A stretch of DNA of 60,702 bases, filler included, from Sluysia triapertura (taxonomy: Eukaryota): the NCBI GenBank assembly GCA_046118255.1. It is 4 parts of 4 records of this genome, joined end to end, with 100 filler letters (N's around TTAATTAATTAA, not from the genome) between each part and the next. Parts side by side here need not be neighbours in the genome. Positions count along the whole stretch, not along the records: positions 40,041 to 60,702 come from JBJNIA010012206.1; 3 more parts are not named here. One strand, written 5' to 3'. The notes under the pieces were generated by a model that saw only the letters and a program-made list of their open reading frames with translations, had not been told where the DNA came from and made no database searches. The position numbers and the translations under genes were made by a program. Of this stretch, positions 52,601-60,702 are shown piece after piece. Within the stretch, counting starts at the first letter, position 1. Each line of letters begins with the position of its first letter.

Positions 52601-55600
52601 AAACAAAATGACAAAGATCAATCGTTTAAAGAGCGTTGCTGTACCTTGAATAAAGAAACTTCATAAAAGGAAAATCGCACTTAACAATTTAAACACATTA
52701 AGAGTAAACTCCATCATTGCATAATTACAATCTAATAAAGTTACACATTTAGAAAGTATAATTAATATGGTAATCTGTGTTTTATTGTTTATTTTTCTGT
52801 AAAAGTTAGTGCTTATTTAGTAACGTTTTCATTTCATTTATGATAATATGATAAAAATAAATATTTTAATGCTACTAGAAATCAACACTGAAAAGTATCA
52901 GTGCTTCCTAAATGTTACAGTATAAACTTAAATTGTCGTTTAATTAATAAAACATAGTGAGGTTAGAAATATTAAATATATTATTTAAAAATTAGAATTT
53001 CGTATAGACGCACTAAATATATAAACAAAGTGCCTGCCTATCTGCATGTGTTAGTGCATGTTTCAAACTCCTAATTATAATGGTGCTTTAAGTGTTAATC
53101 TAAATAAATTTATTTACGTCATTTTAAATGATGTACATTTATGACAAACAAGCCAAGAAATAGAATTAGTAATGGAATTAATACACTTGTACTGTTACTG
53201 ATATCGAAAAATAAATAAATCTGAATTTTTTAATAAATTTTAAAATTTAATAAATTTATTTTCATTATTCCTTTATTATTAAAAAATAAATTTTATGCAA
53301 TAATAAACATGTATAAATAGTTCTTTAAAATTTATTACCCAAAGCTAGAATTACATAAAATTACAGTTGATTCCCGTATAACACGCCTTTCCCATATAAT
53401 TTTTATATTGAAGATACAGAAATAGGACTTTATTTAATTTACTTTTAAAAACTATAAGATATTATATTGACGAATCAATTTTTGTTTCAGAATACGCCTT
53501 ACCGTAACACCAATGTTGAATGGGAATCTAACTTTATAATTCTATAAAAAATGAAATAATTTTAATAGATTTTAATATTTGAAATATGTAATCTGTAAAT
53601 ACTAATAAATATGATTACATTTTTGCAATGTAAAGAAATATCATTTCCACAATATTTCATCACCAAAGGATCCCATTTAATATCTGATTTAAGTAAATAT
53701 TCTAGGGAAAATGTATTTATGCATTGCTTGGAAAATGTATTATTATGGTTCAATAAGTCATTGACAAACTGCTTACTCAGACAATTTATTAGTTGAAACT
53801 TAGATACAGATGAATTTGAATATCCAAAATTTATACAATATTTACTAATTTCTATGGAACAATCTTGAATAAATGAATGATCGATTTGAGAGTCATTTAA
53901 ACCTGCAAAAATATATAAATAAATTAAAGTTTTATTATAAAGAAATTTTATTTTTAAAAACAAATTTCAGGATTAAGCTTACTGATAACTAATATCATCG
54001 TAGAAAATATTTCATGCAACATCTTATGAAAATATTTCGTGAAAAAATGAAAATCATTAAAAAAATAAAATTAACTCAAATAACTTTTGAAATTTTTTGT
54101 AATGAAGATGAAAAATACGAATTAATATTAATAAATTAAATATTACATTATAATTCCAAAAAAACATAAATGAATTTTAATTTAGTGCGATTAATGAAAG
54201 ATTTAAAGTCAAAAGAGATGGCAGAAATTTGAAAAACACGTCATATTAACCCAATTTCAACTATGATATTATATTAATTTGAAAAGTTATTTCGATTTAT
54301 TAAAAATTATTAATAATTCTAAAATTTCCTTAAAGCGAAAGTATCTGTTGCATTACCTCATCTGAATATGGTGATACGTTTGAAAAATTCGTTTAGACAA
54401 AAATGAACTTGCAACAGTTTATCAATCTGTTTACAGAAACTATCACTCAACGATATTTTAAATAGCTTTAGCCGTAATAGTGTTGTTAAATGACTGCTAC
54501 TTTGGATAGAACAGAGCGTGATACATTCTTTATGATCTCCAAATATTATCATTTACTATAATAAAATGATTTGAAAAATATTTAAAAGAAAGAAAATTAA
54601 ACGTTTTAATAAATAATGTTGTGGTGGCTCAAAGCCAAACACGTAACTTTGTTACATCAGTTCACACATAAACAGTATAAATCGCATGAACTAAACAAAC
54701 TACGTTCTTTCAACCGTTATTATACTTTTCTTATTCAATTTGATACATTCATATCACCTATATTATTTTGATATATCAAATACAAACCATTTGTGGTGGC
54801 TCTTACTAACGATCTTATTAAATACGAAATATCACACACCATTTTTGTATAATATTTCTCGCCACAATTTATACTTCACGTAATACCATACGCAGAAAAA
54901 ATTTACAATAACTTTAATCAAATCAAACTATGGCCCTTCAAAAGCTGTAACTTTTACAAATACTAATATTATTAGTGTTCATCATTTTCCTTTCTCCTCA
55001 TAATCTACATATTTAACATCTTCAATAAAATTATCCTCAGATTAATGTTATTATAAACATAACGAACAAGTATTATTAAATATTTTAATATAATATAATT
55101 AACCTACTTAAATTTATTCATCATAATTATTATTATCATTGTTATCATTGTACGGTTTTACAGTTATTATACTTATTGCTTGAGAGTAAAACATGTAAAC
55201 ACATCATTTAAGTATTTTAACTTCATTTAAATATTAACATTTAAATAAATCCTTCGCCTACCATTTGTACATCACTAATGCCACATACATATGCAGAATT
55301 TCATCCTGAAAATATATTAAATCACAGACACTATCCACCATCGCATAACACCTACATCACCTTCTAAATCTCACGTATATCACTTTCGAAATTCTTCCAC
55401 AATCAACAAAATACCTAATACATTTTTATAAAATATATCTCCTTAATAACGCAAAATATTTAACTTAAAGATGCCGCCAACCTCAAAGTTATTATCATTG
55501 ACTCCATTAGTTCGATAATAAGTTCAAAGATTTTCGGGACTAGATATAATTATAGTCCCGAATCAATTTTAGTGAATCGATTTTTACTTTTATCATAATT

Positions 55601-55724
55601 TGCCTTTTAAAGAAATTATTATTGTAAATATATTATAATAAATACATTAACTTATTCATATAAATCATTATGTATACAATGTTACGTTATTTATTATCAT
55701 CGTCATCATTATAATAGTTATGTC

Positions 55725-55784
<60 letters not shown>

Positions 55785-57485
55785 TTCATCATCATCATCA
55801 TCATCTTTATTACCTGTTTAATAAATATCACTATCATCATTTTCTATTGAATGTATATATATTGGTCGAATAAAACGATTGTGAGAATTTAAGGTTATTA
55901 ACAATTTTTTAAAAAGTGACGTATATATCTAATAAAAGAAAATGTTCATATGGCTGAAATAATTGTTTCTACAGACTATACAAAAACAAAAGAACTGAAA
56001 TTAAAGCTCTTTTCAAAGTTATTACAATTTCTTGAGAACTTGCACTAAAGATCGAAAAAATTGCTACACTTATTAAACACGAATTATATAATAGTATCGG
56101 CAAATAATTTCAATTTATAGATTACTTTATCATCCTAAGTTTAATGAATCGAGTTATCTCAGCACTATTTCAAAAACTCAATATAAGTTTTGTTATTCAT
56201 TTGCTTATTTGCATGACAATCATAAAGAGTTTTGTAGAAATGTCCCATATTTTCCAAATATTCTAAAATGTTTTTCAAATTTAAAAGATCTGACCTTTTG
56301 GACAGACATAATATTAGTGCTATAAACAATATAGAAATTGTTTTAAGAATATTCGTATCCATTTATTGGATATATTTCAAATTCATGGAATGGAAAGATA
56401 GTTTTAATGTGACGTTGTGTAAGTCTTTTATAAATTCACGTACTATGGAATACAGTTATAACATGATTCATGAAGTTCATAGATTCTAAAAATAATAGTG
56501 TAGTAACTGTAAAATGAGTTTCGAAGAATATGTCATTTTAAATATGAAAATATATAAGCATTTTAAATATTAAAACATTATGGACTATTTTGATAATATA
56601 AATGTTTTAAATTTAATACCGCATATATGCCAAATAGTAGCAAATATATACTAATTTTGAAATCAATAAAAACTCATAAACTATTGATAAAATGGTTTTA
56701 CAATAAATATTTGAAATTATAAATATTAGAAATTACAATACTCTGTAATAAAAAAACCACAACTATAAAATAAAAACAAAATAAACTGTAGGTCGTAAGG
56801 TTCTGGACACGATATTAAAAGTACGAAATATATGGATTCAAAAATGAATACCGAAGAAAATACTAATTATATTGTTCAAAAATGTAAATACCTCGTTTAA
56901 AGTGAATATATAATATTAGAAAATTTATTAATAAGAATAATATCGATTATTATGCAAAAAGTGCCAAAATTGCAATTGAATCCATAAGAATAATTTTCTA
57001 AGGAGATTTTACAACACCTTATCTTAAAGAATTGGTTACCAATAAAAGCAAGATTATAATTCCAAATCGTGATAGTAATTTATAAATGCTTAAGTAGGAA
57101 AATCTTGAATATCTAAAAAAAATATTTANNNNNNNNNNNNNNNNNNNNNNNNNNNNNNNNNNNNNNNNNNNNNNNNNNNNNNNNNNNNNNNNNNNNNNNN
57201 NNNNNNNNNNNNNNNNNNNNNNNNNNNNNNNNNNNNNNNNNNNNNNNNNNNNNNNNNNNNNNNNNNNNNNNNNNTAATTGCTAGACTACAAGTTTTATTC
57301 ATTTCTTTATGATACTTATGAATAATGAGACATTTGAGATAATTACGTTTACCATCAAATGCTTGTGTAAAATTTCGACATAATGTTTTAACCATTTTTC
57401 TGCATGAATGGCTTATAAGTTTCTTTAAAGAATAATCTTCCACATCAGTTTCCAAAAAACGTTTGATAGCATTCTTACATTTTAG
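49640..57485 (-). CDS. GLG1: GLG1 (Golgi apparatus protein 1 / cysteine-rich FGF receptor) homolog; three clean exons, flanks degenerate (diverged gene or pseudogene)
   Basis: Cys-rich GLG1 repeats in the expected order: exon 57485-57275 (runs into a gap), exon 53902-53619, exon 51298-50985. The CKN|IHSQNIQSCL junction is phase-consistent. Downstream GLG1-like remnants (50650-50950, 49750-49870) are frameshifted. Confidence 0.8.
50985..51298 (-). CDS. GLG1: GLG1 exon (IHSQNIQSCL...LDNRFDLDLRRTCSQMIVNFC...VKLNPHLFENCK)
   Basis: Acceptor ttcttcag, donor gttagt; two Cys-rich GLG1 repeats. Confidence 0.82.
51591..51675. repeat. Tandem repeat, 28-bp unit x3 (tattgcattattattctcgataaaatat)
   Basis: Two identical copies plus one diverged copy. 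Confidence 0.9.
53619..53902 (-). CDS. GLG1: GLG1 exon (LNDSQIDHSFIQDC...INCLSKQFVNDLL...DIKWDPLVMKYCGNDISLHCKN)
   Basis: Acceptor ttttgcag, donor gtaatc; matches the GLG1 CLS..V.ND.L and DI.L.P.L...C..DI...C repeats. Confidence 0.82.
55726..55805. repeat. Compound (AAT)n-(CAT)n microsatellite
   Basis: Directly visible. Confidence 0.95.
57129..57274. other. Assembly gap interrupting a GLG1 exon
   Basis: N run. Confidence 0.99.
57275..57485 (-). CDS. GLG1: GLG1 exon (LKCKNAIKRFLETDVEDY...KCLIIHKYHKEMNKTCSLAI), truncated by a gap
   Basis: Acceptor ttttcag; matches the GLG1 CLIQNKHQKDMNEKC-type repeat. Confidence 0.8.
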
Positions 57486-57591
57486 CTGAAAATATTAACA
57501 AAATATTAAATTTTTAATAATTGTTATAAAATTATTTTTATTATGTCATAAAATAAAATATTTAGAATTATAACAAAATTATAAATATTAA

Positions 57592-57808
57592 CCCATCAGT
57601 ACATACAGGCAACTTAATTGACCAATAGATTATTTATTAAACACGCATTTATATGGCAATTAAGTAAACAAAACATATGCGTAACTTTTCCGTATGCTTG
57701 AGCTAGCATTTTTATTATAAACTAAATTTTATCTTTTGAAAATATTTATATGCTGATATGAATAAATTTATGTAAATTTATCACTTTTCAATTACGGTCA
57801 TTAATGGG
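57592..57808. mobile_element. piggyBac-like MITE (~217 bp)
   Basis: TTAA|CCCATcagtac ... gtcattaATGGG|TTTAA: imperfect TIRs starting CCC with TTAA-type flanks. Confidence 0.4.
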
Positions 57809-59059
57809 TTTAAATTATTAAAAACACCAACACGATGAAATTGATGAATAAATAAATATTAAATCCACATAAAACTAAATCAAAAGTAATATTAACAATG
57901 TATTGTTATCATTCAAAAATATACAAAGAACACTGAAGATAATACTTATAAAGCATCCTTATCAGAATATTTAATGCATAATTTAGAGTTTAAATTGAAA
58001 ATTACTTTTACAAAACTTATTGTTTTATAGTTTAAGTTAAAAATTATTTTAAATGCATGGTAAAATTTCATTATTCCTTTTTTTACATTTAAAACATTTA
58101 ATTTCGGCTTAAAGCCTTTAACTAAACAAAATAACTTTATTATGAACAAATCAATTAAAACAGAAATACAAAACAACAAAATAACAACAGCATGCTTCTA
58201 GAAATAATTCTTCAGTAAATAAATGTTCTAATTTGATTGTTATGACATTTTTCTAACAATGAAAACGTACAACCAATAATTGTAGAAAAAAATATTGTAA
58301 TATAAAATATTGATTGTCTTAATATAGTAATTATCACTGATGACTGTGCAATATGCCACATACATACCATATTATGCAGAAATGTTATAGTTTCCGTTGA
58401 ATCATAATAAACTACGATATTAATAAAAGACGTGATGATACACCAGAATTTATAGTACTATTCGTAGAAAGTACTGCTAAAATAATTAAACCTCAATGGA
58501 ATTCACGACCTATTTCATCATAACATTTTAATTTACATAAAAATGATAAGATATTATGTCAGCAATATAAGTACTAATAAAATGCAATAAAATACAATCA
58601 AAATTAACTACTTTAAGGTAAATTATCTTTTTATGATCAAACTTTTATAAAATTTTCCAAGATCTTTTAACCGAATGCTTTATTTTTATAAATAGTTAAA
58701 TTAACAATTATTATTAATGTTGATCTGTTTTCTAGGTGCAAATGAAAATAAGTCAACTTTATAAGTTGGGAATTAGCACTTAAATCAAAAAATGCCTTAT
58801 TCTGCTTAATTTCTTCGAAAATTGTGTAATAAGTGGATTGATTTGTCAAATAAGAGAAATAGTATTTATAAAAATTCAATGTTCGAAGTGAGAATAATGT
58901 GAACCTTAACGTTATTGGATTGGAACTTACACTTGTTAAAATCTTCACTTTAATTTTTCTGGTTATTTGCACAATGAACCCTGATAGAATCCTTAAGACT
59001 TTCATATTCAATAAATTGTTAATAAACAAATTGCTGATTGACATTTCTATTGGAATGCT

Positions 59060-59240
59060 TAAAATGTTTTATCGAATTTGTCAATCACATCTTGTCCCAG
59101 TAACCAGAAATCCGTCAGCCGACTCAGTCCCTTCTCCAGCCCATGTCCAGTTCTTCCTGCAAATTCTGCTCTGACAAATGATAACGAACAGCAATCCTTC
59201 TGAACGGCAATCAAAATCCTTTATTTGCACTTCCTTCGGG
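59060..59240 (-). mobile_element. Retropepsin-like (Ty3/Gypsy protease) relic
   Basis: GC-richer island; LIAVQKDCCSLSFVRAEFAGRTG and FWLLGQDVIDKF resemble the D(S/T)G..SF and ILG.D motifs, but the catalytic motif is degenerate. Confidence 0.35.
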
Positions 59241-60339
59241 CTAAGATTTTAACATTTAATGAATAATACATTTTTGCTTCTATTATTATTATTGATTATT
59301 ATGATTATTTTTTTATTAATAGCTTTATGAAGAAATTTAATCGAAAATTATACCAGATGTCTTAGTAGGTCATTAATCTTATGTGTTGTTTTAAAACTAT
59401 ATTTATATCTATATTTATATAGATAAGTTATGGTTTATAAGAATGGCTAAAGTTTATTTCAACCTTAGTACCAGTTAATAACTCATAAGAGGAATTTATT
59501 TCAATTCCTATAATTAATATTTTAAAAACGTTGTATAGTAGATTGCTATAATTCGTGGTCATATTCTTGATTAATTTAAATTTCATTTTGGAATTTTGAG
59601 GAGAATGATTTACAATAATATAGAAAAAATTTGTGAAATTCCTATTTAACGCAAAATTCTTATTTATTGAGTTCAACGCAAAAAATTTAATTATTAAGAC
59701 TAAATAATTACGAAAATGTTCATCAAAAATATTTCTGTGTATTGGATTTGCTTTATTTGATATCTTGTGGATTATACGATACATTATAGAAGCGTTGTGT
59801 GAAACCATAGTCGTCCTAATTGATCTATTTTTAGGATGTTGAATATTTATAAATGAATATTTTTATGTTTGGCTTAATTTTGTTAATAATACATGTGATT
59901 GGAATGAGTGGGCTTACTGAAATAGCTTGAACTACGTATCTGAGGGAATGAGTTTGAATGTAAAATTGCTCGAGCATATATTATCATGTAGTCGTATTCA
60001 TATTCATATTTGGGGTTTTAATGTTTTTTAACGTCCAATACAGATTTAGAATATTATATTTATGTAAAAATGAATATTTCGAAGTATTAAATATTGTCTC
60101 TTTATATCGTGATACAATTTTTTTAAAATCATAATGTCCGAGTGGCAATGCTTCACCCCTTGTTATTGAACTACGGTATTGAAACTCAATAAGTTCGTTA
60201 CTATGAGCAACATATCCTATTCTCTTTTCATTTCAATTATTACAATTTTTAAGTAGTTATAATACAAACTATTAATTATATAATTATAAAATATACGAAA
60301 ACCAATATTTATTAAATCGTTACATATAAATTTTATAAC

Positions 60340-60702
60340 TATATTTAAATTATTGTCAATTTTTGATGCCTTTAGCGCTGCATCCATCGGGCTGTCATTG
60401 AGTCCCGCATAGAATTCACATCCTAAAAAAAATATAAAGTAAAGATAGTACTTAGAATAAATAAAATAAAACTTTACTGTGTGTTTGTTCTGGAAAAGCT
60501 TTGTCTTTGTTGAATTACGCGTAATTCTCATGATTTGACCCTCAGCATTCTTCAAACCTTCTTTAGATTGTGGAAGAATAGTATCTGGTTTTAACACATT
60601 TTTAAAGGTTCTTGCAACACATCATTTTTGACTTGTAGTCCTTTTAATTTCATACTTAATTGAGTTATTGATTTGGTCACTATAGTTTCTAATAACTTGT
60701 AC
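60340..60702 (-). pseudogene. Fragment of an unidentified intron-containing gene running off the window end
   Basis: ORF 60217-60597 contains an apparent intron (CACA|gtaaag...tttttttag|GA) and has an in-frame TGA just upstream. Confidence 0.25.

Noticed and set aside
53503-53541. 39-nt AG/GT-bounded candidate micro-exon in a GLG1 intron
   Set aside because: The flanking exons already join to give normal GLG1 repeat spacing; no support without transcripts
59428-60200. Possible Gypsy RNase H/integrase traces and ORF 59428-59808
   Set aside because: Only weak words (EFQY, SYELLTG); no catalytic motifs identifiable

Overview
AT-rich (roughly three-quarters A+T by eye) animal genomic scaffold. 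It has spliceosomal GT-AG introns of two size classes (32-55 nt and 0.6-3.8 kb), (AAT)n microsatellites and five assembly gaps, three of which carry an artificial TTAATTAATTAA linker. The tiny introns and the style of the GPCR suggest a flatworm or other spiralian (inference). Only one gene could be assembled intact: a 7-exon + strand gene (12326-25997) encoding a ~1800-aa Ser/Pro/Asn/His-rich, probably disordered nuclear protein with three K-hydrophobic-K-hydrophobic motifs. The rest is dominated by partial or decayed copies of recognisable host genes: GLG1, a USP30-like deubiquitinase, C1QBP/MAM33-like, a rhodopsin-type GPCR, cadherin-like, an RBM15-like RRM and a RING/CCCH zinc-finger gene. 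Transposon relics are also abundant (Tc3/Tc1-mariner, hAT ends, pogo, a piggyBac-like MITE, Maverick/Polinton-type and Gypsy-type pieces). I found no CRISPR, rRNA or tRNA and cannot claim a clearly new biological system. The best leads are the dense pseudogene field, the orphan disordered protein, a compositionally foreign ~400-bp segment next to a gap, and several hairpin/repeat families. All homology calls are by-eye motif recognition, not database searches.
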